Of a stretch of DNA of 64,000 nt, positions 48,568 to 62,430 are shown piece by piece. The translations under genes were made by a program, and so were the position numbers. The notes below the pieces were generated by a model, which had not been told where the DNA came from, did not search any database, and was given only the letters and a program-made list of their open reading frames with translations. Positions within the stretch are counted from its first letter, which is position 1, and every line of letters starts with the position of its first letter. Source of the DNA: Takakia lepidozioides (taxonomy: Eukaryota; Plantae; Bryophyta). The stretch spans positions 7,626,001-7,690,000 of the forward strand of contig CM060731.1 of NCBI GenBank assembly GCA_030704615.1, given 5' to 3'.

Positions 48568-49725
48568 CACTACAACAGATGAGCTTTTTATGACTTCACA
48601 TATGACTCTTTTTTCAGTCTTATATGCGTTCATGACTACATCATTCTGTAGTGAAAAAAGCCCTGTCATAGCGACTAGTCTTTAGGACTGCGTTTCGCAA
48701 GTCATATCCGTGACTGCTTGCGTGGCACCTGGAGTCCTGCTGCAGAGAGGGTTGCAGTCACAACTATATGACTAATATATGACTACATTGTCTGTTGAGC
48801 GCTGCCTACATGAAGAGGCTTCAGCGGGACACGTGCGCCACTGCGCAAGCGACACGTCATGCATTCGTCAGGGGATCATATGACTATATGTCTGCAAAGT
48901 GATGCCTACATGGAGAGGCGACGGATGGACACGTGTGCTACTGCGAATTTGACATGTCACGACTTCTTGCCATGATTATATGACTACATGTCTGCACAAC
49001 GATGCCTACATGGAGAGGCGCTAGCGGGACACGTGTGCTATGGCAGATTTCACACGTGGTGACTACATGACTTGCTAATATGACTACGGGATGTCTACAT
49101 GGAGAGTGTTAGCGGGACACCTGCTGCACTTGAGATGTGACATGTGGCACATAGACAAAATATATGACTAGTATATATGACTACGGATCTTTACACGTGG
49201 TGAAAATATGGATAAAGAATGTCGTGTCATATACTGCCACGTGTTCTGGTTTGAGCAGAGTGATGCCACGTGTCATCAAGATTGTTTTCCGAAATAGTTT
49301 ATAATTTATATTTTATATTTTATTTAATATTTAAAAGAACAGGGAGATTGCAGCATTGGATTTTTTTTTAAATGGTATTATTTTTAATATTATTATTTAA
49401 AATGAAAGTGAATTAAATGATTTAAATTCTTCATTACATGGTGAAATTCCAACATGAAAACAGAATGGATCCTCCTGCATACTATCAACCACAAGGAGAA
49501 TGAAAATAGTCAACTACAGGGCAATATAAGCCCTATAAATCACATTACAAAAATCCAAATGAGACCAATGTCCCAATGGACACCTCTAAAGCCACAAGGT
49601 CAAAAAATCCATGCCTCAAAAGGCCCAGCAAAAAACAAGCAAGCCCACACATGGGCTGAATTGTTGTAGCTAGTATGTTCTAGTGCTATTAGAATCAAGA
49701 ACTCTGTTAAACAGTGCAATACTGA

Positions 49726-50000
49726 CTATCCCTTCCGCAGCTCCATAAGTTTCAGTAACTTTAGACTCCAAAGTGTTGTCTGGCCAACCACCTGCCCCAA
49801 CTCGGTATGTTTCCTAACACCATTCACATATGGTAGAGGGGTGTTACTGACACATGCCTCTTTGATGTACACACAGGCATAATCAAGGGGCACAGCAGGG
49901 TACCCGTAACCCACCACAGCACCTTGAAGAGCAACAATCAGCCCTACTCCACATTTCTTGCGTTTGGAGTTCACATCCAACAGCCGAAACTCGTCACCCA
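49726..50000 (-). CDS. C-terminal Tnp1/TnpA-type domain exon of the CACTA accessory gene
   Basis: VGDEFRLL...GVGLI...VP.DYACVYI......PLPY......LGQVVGQTTLW resembles the En/Spm Tnp1 C-terminal domain. Confidence 0.55.
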
Positions 50001-50470
50001 CCCTGAACTGTGATCCCAACTCCACACAAAAAAGAACACGATGTGACAACCCATGACATACACACGACTAGGACACTCAACATTTGCGAATTAAAGAGAG
50101 CCCCAAAGTTAGAAAAAATAAAACAACAAGACAAGGGCCTGGACTTACTCCATTTGCAGTCTCCAGTGGTGTGAGACCTCTTTTGGGGGGCTACTCGCCG
50201 GGTCGACACTCTTGCCCCTGGTCTGTATCGGCTTGTCGACAATATCACCTTTGTTTGTCACAAGTTCCTGTGTCACATACCAGAGAACAACCAGGAAAGC
50301 AATGAGCAAACAGGAATAGTGAATAGAAACAAAATCCAAGTATGAATCAACAAAAAAAGCCAACATGAAAACCTGCAAAGAAAACCTAGCATTAATCAAG
50401 CAACGAGGAGAAGCATCCAGGAAAGCAATGCAATGAATGAACCCACAAAATTGTAGCCTCTGGAGCACTG

Positions 50471-51594
50471 TCAGAATGTTTGTACCTTCACAGTAGCAGT
50501 GTTGTATGGTTGTTGTCCGAAAACAGGCTGAGACTCCAAAAACTTGGGAATACTGGCAGCTTTCGATGTCTTCCACAAGAAAGGCCACAACACCTCTGTT
50601 AGATACTCATCAGTTGGTGAATCTGGTTGCACTTTCCATGGCTCTGGAAAAATCCCACTGAAGGGAGGATTGTTTGCCGCCTTTCTTGGTGTGTCGTCAA
50701 CAAGAACAGTGTCCTCATAAGTCCATTCTGGCCAGTCTGCCCACACTCTAGACAAGTTCTTGAAATATAATGGCTTTGAATCAGACCCCTTACCGCATGG
50801 GAGGACTGGATCCTCGTCACAGTGAAGGGCATCCCACTGGAAAACCAGCTTAGTGTGGGTTGCAAAAATATAGTCCACCATTGGGAAGAAGTTGCGAGCT
50901 TGGCAACAAGACCACACCGCCACCTCAAAGTGTTCAAAACACTTTTGCAAAAAGTCATAACAGCGTGGTCTCAAAACTACCATCTTCTTGCCACACATCT
51001 TCCCCACAAAACCTTTGGGAAGGGATGCAGGCCCATTAGCAGAATGAAAAGATTCACATAACAAACCATTTAAGTCTAGAATTAGTAAATGCTTCCTCGT
51101 TGGTCCAGGAAGTAAACTGTCATTTGGCTTCAACATGTGAGCAGGAGAAATTAAAGCAACCTGCTTGTTTGTTTTGTCCCCGTCTGCATCTTCCTCCCCA
51201 TTTAAACTCCCACATACCTGCAACCAGAATCTGGTGTGCCCGGCGGCTCTGTCACCATTGCCCCCTGGACTGCTACTGCCTTTGTACATGGCAAGGGCTG
51301 AATTTCCACGTACCTCACAGCTGGCCTTCCCTGTATCCTGCTGTTGCTCGGTCAAATTCAAAAGATCATCAGTGACAGGAAGACATAAGGGCTTAGAGTG
51401 AGCACCAGTTACCGTCTGAAATTGGGATTCCAAACATTTTGATACTGTCACAGCAGACGCATCCATCGTAGATGTCACTGGTCCTGCGCCTGATAGATTA
51501 ATCCCCAATCTGGTCACAATGGCTTTCTGGTACTCAATCATACTCTGCATCTGTGTTAGAGGACTATCTGGGACTTAGGCACTTTTACGGGATC
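50471..51594 (-). CDS. FCP1/SCP (NIF) HAD phosphatase-homology domain exon within the CACTA accessory gene
   Basis: LLILDLNGLL, LRPRCYDFL..CFEHFEVAVWS, FQWD..C, KPLYFKNLSRVW, DTVLVDDTPRKA..NP...IFP. Confidence 0.85.
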
Positions 51595-51661
51595 TGTGGG
51601 ATACCCTTAATTTTTGCACAGACTGAGACCAACAGGAGCCTTAGGGGTGATAGCAGCGCAC

Positions 51662-51692
<31 letters not shown>

Positions 51693-52518
51693 TTACATAG
51701 CCCGTCACAGCCAACACAGGTCACAGTCCGACACAGCCCGTCACAGCCAACACAGCTCGTCACAGTCCGACACAGCCAACACAGTCCGACACAGCCGACA
51801 CAGCCGCCACAGCCCAACACAGTCACACAGCCAGTCACAGTTTCACACAGCCAGTCACAGCTTGACACAACTGTCATGACCATAGGGAACGGATAGCAGG
51901 ACAGGGAACGACTGTGGAGAACAACATCTGCGAATGGAACATGTTAGTTCACGGATGACGGTTAGTGAGGGAAACGGTTAGAACAACGGGTAGGAAGATA
52001 AAGCCAGGAGCGAGGACTGGAAAAGAATTACTTCTTGGGGGACTTCGGACATCACTGGGGGAAATGAAGCAGAGAGCGCATCTCTGAGCAGAAAAGGGGA
52101 GAGCACGGAGTAGGAGAGAACGATCTGTTGATGCTTGATGAATGCAAGCAGTAGAGTTATAATGTAGAGCAGATTAGAGACTCCATGGCTTCAGCCTAAT
52201 ACTTGATAGATATTAATCTGATATATACTTCATACTCACACTGTGTAGAGAGATCTGAGTGAAGCTGTGGAATGAATGGATGAGTTGATGGAATCCGATA
52301 GATTGCTGAAGCAAACTGATACTTAAATACCAACAGTAAGGTAACTAGCTAACATGAATGCGGGAAGGAAAACAAATAGGAAACACCCCCATGATACACT
52401 AGCTGTAGGTCATGACTGATTGTTCTGAGCGGGCTGAGTGCTTAGAGATTTCCAACTCTTCTATCTTGGAGTTCCGCCTCGGATAGCGAAGGGATGGGTG
52501 AGTAAAAACCGCGCGACA
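51595..52518 (+). repeat. 5' LTR (TGT...ACA) containing G27 and a CACAGCC tandem array
   Basis: Starts TGTGGGATACCC and ends CGCGACA two bases before the PBS. Confidence 0.7.
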
Positions 52519-52520
52519 TT

Positions 52521-52538
52521 TGGCGACCATACTGGGGA
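52521..52538 (+). other. Primer binding site TGGCGACCATACTGGGGA (tRNA-Arg-like)
   Basis: TGG start immediately after the LTR-terminal CA; resembles Arg PBSs of Tat/Ogre-type elements. Confidence 0.7.
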
Positions 52539-53297
52539 CTGGGTCATGAACAACCAGATGTGACAGGCATCTGGTGGGATCATGGTGGTTGGAGAATTAA
52601 AGAATTTGATGTGAATCAAATTCCTTGTGAAACTGAGAAGGAAAGATTGTCCAAACGATTCTTTCAGAGGTTCTTGGAATTGCCAGACGGTTGTAAAGAA
52701 AACATTCTTAAGAGAGTGCATGATGCTGACCCTGAGTGGGGTCTGGAGAAAGGAGTGATAAAGATTTATCAAGTGGCCTGTAGAGGAAGAGCACGTTGGT
52801 TACCAACACTGGTTTATGTGATAGCATTGCTATCCATTTAAGCGAGTAGAGTTTGAAGGCTGGGAGGGAAAGAAAGGTGAATGTTTATACTCATATGCAT
52901 GAAGAGCTTGTACTGGTAAAGAATTGGATTCCAAAGGATATTTGTGGATCAAACTCACACCAAGAACAGCTTTCCAGACTTGTTTGCCATATGGTTATAT
53001 GGTAACGGAGACTTCTAGTATAGCCAAGGGTGCATTGAAGCTTGAAAGAAACCCAGGCATATACGAGAGATATTACAGAAGAGAGTTTTGGTTATTGCCA
53101 CATTAAAAGAAATGAAAGACATGGGACATGAGTGATGAAAGAGAAGCTAGACCCAGAGATATTCAGCAAAAAGAGAAAGCTATCTGAAAGCTAATTATCC
53201 ATATCTTTGGGAGAGAGGAATAGACATAGGGGAATCATCTGGACCTCTCACACCATTAAGATCAGAGAGTACATCACCCATACCGGAAGAACTAGAG

Positions 53298-56200
53298 TTG
53301 GATGCCACTCCTTCTTTTTCTTTGCAAGAAAGAAGGGAATTGGTACGGGAAGAAGATCAATCACGAGGTGAAAGATCTGAGGTACATCCCTGGATAAAAG
53401 ATTTGACAGAAATCTTTGATAAGAGTTGGCATGGAACACCAAAAGCAGGAACTCCAGTTTCTGAAGCGGAAGGTGAAAGGAGGAGAGGAGATGGCAGAGC
53501 CAACGGAGAGTTCAGACTCTCCAACACCATTGCAGTTGAGTTACATGAGTGAAGAAAAAACCCAAGGGCAGAACTTGGAGGATGAAAATAGAGAGAAGAA
53601 ATTGGAAGAGGAAGAGTATGAAGAAGTAGACCCAACAGCTGAGGTTGAGACTACAACCAGGACATCCCAACCCGTTGGACCTGGATCAAGTGGAGCACTT
53701 GGATCACAGGCCAACGAAGGTGTCGGCTCAGGGGGATCAGGCGGGCTGCCTGGATCTGGCTCTGGGGGGACAGGGAGTGTGGGAAGTAGTGCAACTGGAG
53801 CTGGGAATACTGTGAATATCGTGGGGCCAGTAGCAGGGAGTGCTCAAGGGCCACCACTTGGTGGAAGATCCACCACAACAACAACAGGTCCTGAAGGACC
53901 AGCACCAGCTGCAAGGGTGCCAGCACCTGTCAGTGGGCAGAAGGTAGGGCCACAGATGGCGTTACAACCAACACGGGCAAAACCACCTTTTCCAATATAT
54001 TCAGGAAAAGGGGATCCCGATGTACACATTAGCCAATTTGAGCACATGTGTATAGTGAACAATGAGAATGGCGATGATGCCAAGATGAGATTGTTTCCTT
54101 GTTCACTTATCAAGAAAGCAAGTGAATGGTATGCAAGATTCCCTGATAATCATTTCCTAACCTGGAATGGCTTGAATACACATTCCGAAATAGGTTCAGG
54201 ACAAGTAAAACTGAGGATGAAGTGTATGGAAGTTTACAACAGTTAAAGCAAAGAAGCATGAAACTGTTGAGGAGTATATGGAAAAGATGGAATTGATGAT
54301 GAAAAAGCTGGCTGCTGTACCAGCACCAGGTTTACAGAAGACTTGGTTTGTGAGTGGACTAAGACCAGAGTTGCAAAAGAAAGTGGATATGTTACCCCAT
54401 AATACAGTGGAGGAGGCATTTGAAACTGCAAACAGAATTGAGCAATTGGGAATGCTCAGAGAGAGAAAAGGGATGATGAGGACTCTGAGGATGAGTCAGA
54501 TGAAGAAGAAGAGCAAGAACTAAAAAGGAAGAGTAAGAGAAAGGAGAAGTTGAAGAGGGATAACTATGAGAAAAGATTAGAAGAAATCTTGAAGAAGTAT
54601 GCCACAGGCTGCAACACATTGGAGGAAGGGTGTATGGTGTGCAAAGTGCCAGAATGAAGGCCACCACCACTGAATGCCACATGAAGGAGAAACACTGTAC
54701 TATCTGTAAAATGGATAACCATTCTACTGAGAATTGTTACTACAACAGAAGGACAGCTGCAAGAGAACCTAGGCAAGTAAGGGTGCATCAGTGCAGCCCC
54801 AGCCAAGAAGAAACAATGATCAGGACCACTATGGTAGGTCTGGTGGTTATAACAATGGCATGGAAGGGAGAGGTAATTCAAGAGGGAATTACCAAGGAAA
54901 TTCCAGAGGCAACTATCAGGGTAAATCCAAGGGGGAATTACCAGGGAATCAGGATTACAGAAATAATCCAAGAGCAGACCAAGGGCGAGGACCCAATGGT
55001 GAAGAACTATGTTACTATTGTAATCAGCCAGGACATCGCAAGGCCTGTTCATTCTGGATTAGACACCAGAATGAGATGAGAGCTCCTGTGAATGAGGGCC
55101 CAGTGGTGGCAGCTCACATGGTTAGGCCATGTGTTGCCAGAAGTAAGTACAATGATAGTAACAAGAAGCAAAGCCAAACTAATACCTCCAGTAGTTGAGG
55201 AAGATGATGATAATGAAGGTGGCAGTGATATGCCTGAAGATGATGAGGCTTGGAGAGATGAGAAGGAACTGCACAAGGAAGTGGCAGATACCATAAGGGA
55301 AATGCAGAAGAGTACTGATATTCCTGTGGCAGATTCCTCTGATTCTGATGGAGAAGAAGAAGAAGAGTGAGGATGAAAGGAAGAAAGAAGATGCAGACAT
55401 GCAAAGTAATGAAGGGACTTTGGCTGAAGTAATATGCCAGACCAAAGCAGAGATTACCATTGGACAGCTATTGGCTGTGGCACCTTATTGTAGACACAGG
55501 CTGTATCAAGCAATCAATCGAATTGCCCAGGAGACAGGAAACACAGACCTGAACAGCAAGGTGACCAGTATAATGTGAAGCCGGAAGGGCGAGAAAACAG
55601 TCATGGACTTTGATGATTCTGCCAGTAATCCAATTGAGAATTGGAAGCACAGAACTAACTGATGTACTGATAGATGGAGGCTCTGGAGTAAATATCATGA
55701 CAGACCAATTAAGAAAGAAGCTTGGTCTAAGTAACATGAAACCAGCCCCATTTACAGTAACAATGGCAGATCAAAGAGTGTACAGCCATTGGGATTAATA
55801 AGAGGAGTTAAGATACAGATACAAAAGATGATCTTTATGATCACAGTAACTGTGTTGAAGATGGATGAAGTCATGGAGGCTTACTCCTTATTATTGGGAC
55901 GTCCGTGGCTGAAACAGGCCAGGGTATTCCATGACTGGAATTCTCAGTTACTAACCGTGCATAATGGGATGCACGAGATACAAATTACCACAAAGAAATC
56001 TAGTAGATTACCTGCTACGAGAAGACCTCGAGGGGTCAGAGAGTATGACTGGAGAGGAGGACTGGATGAGGAGCAGGAAGCTACCCTGTTTGCTGCACAC
56101 CCAGAGTGGGAGCAGGTTGCAGAGATGCGGCTGGAAGGCCTAAGTTGTTTAGGTATCTACTGTGGTGTAGTGTCAGCAACACCAATTGAAGAGGAAACCA

Positions 56201-59060
56201 GCAGTTACCCATCACATTTCTATGAAGAAAGAGAAGGAGAAATGGAAATCCTAGAGGAACCAGCCACTGTGAGTTTACAGGATGAAGTGGTGACTGGTTG
56301 GACAATCACAGCTGATGAGCAGGTGAGGGAAGTGAATGTGGGAACTGAAGAGGAACCGAGGATGGTGAAGGTAGGAGCTGATTTGGAGCCAGAATTCTTG
56401 AAGAAGCTAAGAGTTTGTTCATCAAATACAGAGATGTATTTGCTTGGAGCTATGAGGATCTAAAAGGGATACCACCTGAAATCTGTCAGCATAAGATTGA
56501 ACTGGAACCAGGTCAGTACCAATCAAGCAGGCAAGGTACAGAATGAATCCCAACTATGCACAGAAGGTTGGAGAAGAGATCAAGAAGTTGGCTGAGGCTA
56601 AGTTTATATACCCAATAGAGTATACAACTTGGTTGTCACCCATTGTGATAGTTCCCAAGAAGAATGGTAAACTAAGAGTTTGTGTGAACTACAGAAGCTG
56701 AATGCTTGTACGAAGAAAGATCCTTTCCCTTTGCCATTCACAGAAGCAGTATTGGACACTGTGGCAGGCCATGAGATGTACTCATTCATGGATGGCTTCA
56801 GTGGTTATAATCAAGTGCAAGTGGCAGAAGAAGACCAAGGAAAGACAGCTTTCATCACAGACTGGGGTGCTTATGCATACAAAGTCATGCCCTTTGGACT
56901 TTGTAATGCACCAGCAACCTTTCAGAGAGTGATAAGTGAATCTTTTCATGAGTATCTGGATGATTTCATGCTTTGGATGATTTCAGTGTGTACAGCTCTA
57001 AGAATGAGCACTTGCATAAATTGGAGTTATGTCTGGCCAGATGCAGGATGAGAGGTCTGGGCCTGAATCCAGAATGTACTTTCTGTGTGAACTCAGGGGT
57101 GCTTCTGGGACACATTGTGTGTAAGAGGGGACTTCTTGTGGATCCCAGGAAAACAGAGGCCATTAAAGCCTCTCCACCACCAGTGAATGTTAGAGTCTAA
57201 GGAGATTCCTTGGACAAACCAGCTATTACAGAAGATTTGTCAGACGGTATGCACAGATAGCAGCACCATTGAGCAAACTTTGAAGAAAGATGCAGTGTTT
57301 GCATGGACACCTGAATGTCAACAGGCTTTTGAGGAACTTACATTGTCAGTAACAACTACACCTGTGCTGATTAATCCTCACTGGCAGGAAATATTTCATG
57401 TTCACTGTGATGCTTCTGGAGAAGCACTAGGAGCAGTGTTAGCCCAAAATGTTACAGGAAGGATAGATTCACTGTGTACTATGCTAGCCGATTGATGAAC
57501 AATGCCGAAAGAAATTATAGCACAACGGAAAGAGAAGCATTGGCAATGATCTATGCAGTGAAGAAATTCAGGCATTACCTGTTGGGCAAGAAGTTTATGT
57601 TCTATGTGGATCACCAGGCTCTGATATACCTGGTAAACAAACCTTTGATAAGCGGAAGAATAGCAAGATGGTTGATATCTTGCACGAGTTTGAGTTCGAG
57701 GTTGTTTACAAGCCTGGAAGGCTGCATCTTGTGGCGGATCACTTGTCACGGTTATCAACAGGAGAACCAGCCAGGGAGTAGATGATCAATTACCAGATGC
57801 GAGTCTATTTGCAGTGGAGGTGCAGGGAAGTGCAGATGACTGGTTAGATTGGCAGTGGCCAATCAGATACTACCTTGCTCATGGTCAGTGCCCACCAAGT
57901 TATGGAAAGGAGCAGAGAAAGAGAATTGCTATCAAGGCTCTACCTTACACTATGGTAGGGAGCAGAATGTATAAGCTAGGACCAGATGGAGTGCTGAAGC
58001 GATGCTTATACCACCATGAAGTTAATAAAGTTTGGAGGAAGTTCATAAAGGAGTGGCAGGAGGTCATTTTGGAGAAGAGACTACCAGCAGGAAGATACTA
58101 CATGCAGGTTACTGGTGGCCTACTTTGTTCAAAGATGTACACAAGTATTGTCAGAGTTGTGATGAATGTCAGAGGCTAGGACCTTTGCAGAGATCTGGGA
58201 AGATGGCTTTGCATCCTACAATGCCTACGGAACCATTTCAGAAATGGGGACTAGACTTTGTTGGACCAATTAACCCCCAGCCAAGAATACACAGAACAGG
58301 TACATAATTACAGCCACTGATTATACTACGAAGTGGGTGGAAGCTAAAGCACAAGCAAGGTTCCTGTATGAGAACATACTTACACGATTTGGCTGTCCCT
58401 TGGAATTTATCAGTGATCAGGGAAGTCACTTCATTAATGAGACCATTGAATTATTGACTAAAGAGTTCATGATTGTGCATAGGAAGAGTACAACATATTA
58501 CCCACAGGGTAATGGGCAGGCAGAGGCTACCAACAAAATACTATGTACTATCTTGGCTAAGATAGTCAATGCAAACAGAACGGATTGGGATACAAAGCTG
58601 CTGACAGCTTTGTGGTCATACAGGACTTCATATAAAGTCACCACTAAGTATACACCATTCCAATTAGTTTATGGTATGGAAGCTTTACTTCCAGTGGAAT
58701 TCCTGTTACCTACCATGAGAACGGAATGGGAAAGAGAATGGAATTGCAAGATTCAATTAAGGTCAGGAAACATGAATTATACCATGTGGAAGAAGTACGT
58801 GCTGATGCAGCTGATAATATGACCAGAATTCAGATGAAGAGAAGAACAGTTTGATGAAGGCAAGTTAAAGACTTTTAAGACGGGAGATTTGGTTCTCTGG
58901 TTGCAGAAGAAGGGAAAGATTAAAGCTTCTAAGCTTAAATCACCATGGAAAGGACCTTATGTCATACAGAAGATGTATGATAACAACACCGCCATGTTAC
59001 AAACCATTAACAAAGAGATGCTGGGAAGAGTCAATGCCAATAAGTTGAAGGGGTACAGTG
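53298..59060 (+). pseudogene. pol: gag-pol (frameshifted)
   Basis: Gag YSGKGDPDVHI..LFPCSL..ASEWY; knuckles CTICKMDNHSTENC and CYYCNQPGH; VLIDGGSGVNIM; MDGFSGYNQ; HCDASG; NYSTTEREAL; GHFG..WWPTL..C..C; WGLDFVG; ISDQG; GPY. Confidence 0.9.
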
Positions 59061-59179
59061 GTATCCATGACAAACCATTGCAGCATGATTTGCATGTTGA
59101 AACGCAAAAGCAGTCACGGGCTGCGCCAGTGATACCAACGGAGTATGGAGCACTTGTCGCTAGGCGAGCATATATGCCT

Positions 59180-59375
59180 ATCACAGCCCATCAAGGCGAC
59201 ACAGCCTATCACAGCCCATTCCTTCACAGCCTATCACAGCCCATGCGCGACACAGCCTATCTCACATCACAGCTATCACAGCCCAGCACGGCGCAACACA
59301 GCCTATCACAACCTACCACAGCGTGTCACAGCCTACCATAGTATGACACAGCCTGTCACAGCTCAACACAGCCTA
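59180..59375 (+). repeat. CACAGCC(TAT) tandem microrepeat in the 3' UTR of the retrotransposon
   Basis: More than 12 copies of (t)cacagcc. Confidence 0.85.
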
Positions 59376-60080
59376 CTAGGGTTACACAATCCATAGAATC
59401 AGTGACAGGTAGACGCAAGATAACTTCAGGGAAATGGCCGGTGGAAGAAAGGACGGAAGCCAGTTTAGAAATGGACACGTGGAAGTCAGGGCGCGACACA
59501 CAGCTGAGAAGGAAGTGCAAGAACATGTCATCAAGAAAGAGGACAAGAATGGCGTCAAAGTACCTACTTAGCACGTCAATTCGGATGAATGGCGGGCCCA
59601 TTAATGAATACGGAAAAGGGCAACGGAACAAACGGCAAGTACAGAAAAGCAAAATTCTTGTCACATGTGTTATCCTAGTGGACAGTCCAGCAGGGAAAGT
59701 CCACTAAAGAAAATTAAATCTAAAATCCACGTACAGCGGTTACAGCCAATCGAAAGCCAGAAGCAGGATCAAGAAATTGGAGGGATTTTAAACGCAAGAG
59801 TCGGCGTCGTTCCAAGTAACGGGCGTCTCGACGGGACAAACCATCAATGCTATAGCTTTGAAGCTATGGAGGAACTAACAGACTATATGCTCGCAATATT
59901 ACTTAGGCAGTGGCATAGGGACAAAAGAACAGAGCCGATCTTTTCTCTTAATCGATGCTTGCAAGCCCCCGCAGGCTTACAAGAAATTACCCATAGCATT
60001 TTGTGGCAACCATACGTTTATGCTTTGTGCCCTGCAGGCATTTCTTCAACTGTTACAACCAAAACCTTTCTGTGGGTCTA

Positions 60081-61295
60081 GAATGAAGAGAGTGAGAGGA
60101 ATGGAAGAAATCAGGGTGAAGAGCACCACAATCCTGCAGAAAAAAACGATTGCTACTCCACAGGCGGTACAGTTACTGAAGGAGCTGCGATTATAAGGAT
60201 TGCAAAGCAAAGATTGGACATTGCACCATAGGTAGTACATGTTACAATTCTTGCAGAACTTTGAGCCTAGGACAGGAGCAACAACGGTGAAGGGAGTTGA
60301 ATTAGAAATTACTCCCATATACCTACAACAATTGTTTGAATTGCCATCAGGTCAGGTGCATGTGGAGGAGCATAGGGCAAGACTGCAAATAGGGGACTTA
60401 TTCCAAGAAGGGAGTTTCTTTAAAACTCAGGGTTATGCTTGTACCAAGGCCGTCTACCCAGGGCTAAGGGAGGTAGGCCAGGTACTGAACGTTTTGTTTG
60501 CCATGAAACATAACCAACAGTATTTGAGCAGATCCTTCACAGAGGAAATACTCAAAGCCCTGAGAGGAGAAGAGGTAGCATGGGCGGACATAGTGTACAA
60601 CGCACTGGTAGAGGAGATGAAAAGATTACAGGGCACTGCCGCAAAGTCTCCTATCATAGTGTCTGGCCCAATCATTGCTCAAATAATTCTTGATTCTTGC
60701 ATACTTGATGCTCGGGAAAGAAAGGAGATGAGAGTGTTTGAGACCGAAACCACTGCAATGGAAGAGCAAGGCTCTTCACACAGTGAGGGTGGACTGGTAG
60801 GGCAACCCCAGACTAAGAGACAGAGGCGGGGAAAGACTGTAGTGGCGGATCCACTGGCTTCACGGAAACCGCATGATAATGTTTCCCAAGCTCTTGTGCA
60901 GGAAGGGGCACATCAGCACAGAGAGCTGCTATTATTGGAAGCAGGACCTTCAGAGAGGGAAGAGGAAGTTACTTCAGTATCACAGCCATCACAGCCAAAT
61001 GATCGGCTTGTCACAGAGTTACCACAAGTTGTCCATGTAGTTCCACCAGAAATAATTGATTTGGAGAAAGAAGGGTTAGATATTCCCACTACAGAAATGG
61101 GGCTGGCAGAAATTGAGAAGGGGGACCTTCTCTATGAAAATTTTGGTCTGGTCAGGGAAACAGTGATTCCGGAGGTGCAGCGGTTGTCCAGGGGAAACCT
61201 TGCAGTGCATATAATACACACACATGTGACGGAGGTACCACAGGTAGAATGTCAAGACATTGCAGCACCTGTGACAGATGAAGTGGTTCAGGAAG
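60081..61295 (+). pseudogene. Extra 3' ORF of the retrotransposon (Athila-ORF3 / plant transposon protein-like), truncated
   Basis: QFLQNF....TTVKGVELEITP..L..LFELP ... VAWADIVYNALVEEM; stops in the N-terminal part. Confidence 0.55.
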
Positions 61296-62430
61296 ACTGG
61301 GTACTGAGGCATACCATAATAAAGTGGGGGTACTGGTGGCACAAAACCCACAACGATGGGAGAGTTAGGGCCACCTCCTGCGTTCTTGTGGGCGCCATCT
61401 CCATTGCTAGCAACAGGGATCGTGGATCCAGTGCGCTTGTGCTTGCCCTGAAAAGAAATTCCCCCAGTACAATGTGGGTGATTACACATACATATAGGCA
61501 GCAAGCAGCAAATCCTTGAATTCAATATAACAAACTGGAAGCACATATCATTTGTAAAGACAAGATTACCCAAAACTCAGTATGATCTTGGGCAGTAAAG
61601 CTCCCAAATTTGATTGGCCCCAATGATGTCCTCCCAGTACATTTTTGAACCCTCTTAGGTATGGGGTGTTCCTGAAATCCATAGCAAGAATTCAAATGGA
61701 CAAACCTGATGGGTCCATGAGAAGTATCCCTCCAAGTTTTACTGATATTCTGGGTGCATAAGTAACCCAAGTATCTCTATAAGTAGTCATTGTAGCTTAG
61801 TACCAGGACGTTGGTTTCATGGGGCAAAGAATTTGAACACACCTGAAGTCTACATTGGCCTGACATCATGCCTTTGGCACTTCAACTTGTCTAGTGGAAA
61901 TCATTTGTGATTGTGCCTTGGCTGACCTGCATTGTCCAACTTCCCTGTCTTGACAGACATACCCTATCTCTTCATGATCTTACCATACCCTATCTCTTCG
62001 TGATTTTACCAAAAACATACATAATTTGAATCATGGTCATTGTGAAGAACTATAACTCACAGACGGAGAAGGTGTTCGTAGTGTAGATGATGGGCGTTTT
62101 TGTCCTGCAACATGAGCATGGGCATGTTCTCCTCGGCTTGCCGTGACATCCGCCGACGACGCACTCGCCTTGCACTGGCGTGGGAGGAGTGGATCGTCCT
62201 CATCGTCCTCAGAAGAGCCCTCATGCAGAATCGTAGTCTTCATCGTCTTCAGTCTGGCACTTTGCCTTGCAGGACCTTGATCCCTAGCTTTTTCCTTCGG
62301 AGCGCGTGGCTTGCGAGGGCGATTCGCTCCCGCAAGCCTGCACAAACACCTCCATGACCTCCCTCTCAAACAATCACAAACAAATGCAAGCATACATACT
62401 CTAATACTCTTAAGCCTACGCTGAACCACA
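61296..62430 (-). pseudogene. Probable 5' exons of the CACTA accessory (TnpA-like) gene
   Basis: Low-complexity exons after AG acceptors (GKHKRTGSTIP...PPLYYGMPQYP; RKPRAPKEKARDQ...SSEDDEDD). Confidence 0.4.

Larger units (their letters stand above)
51595..61295 (+). mobile_element. Non-chromovirus Ty3/gypsy LTR retrotransposon (Athila/Tat/Phygy-like) inserted in the CACTA accessory gene; 3' LTR missing
   Basis: 5' LTR, PBS, gag, PR-RT-RH-INT, no chromodomain, extra 3' ORF; host reading frame resumes left of 51595. Confidence 0.88.

Noticed and set aside
51666-51692. G27 as a functional G-quadruplex
   Set aside because: Homopolymer length is unreliable in an assembly with many indels, and there is no second LTR to compare.
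51641-51883. Cys-rich metallothionein-like ORF
   Set aside because: Translation of the CACAGCC repeat and poly-G in the LTR.
61296-61519. C-terminus of the 426-aa ORF 60239..61519
   Set aside because: Appears to be read-through across a deletion junction into the antisense strand of a CACTA exon.
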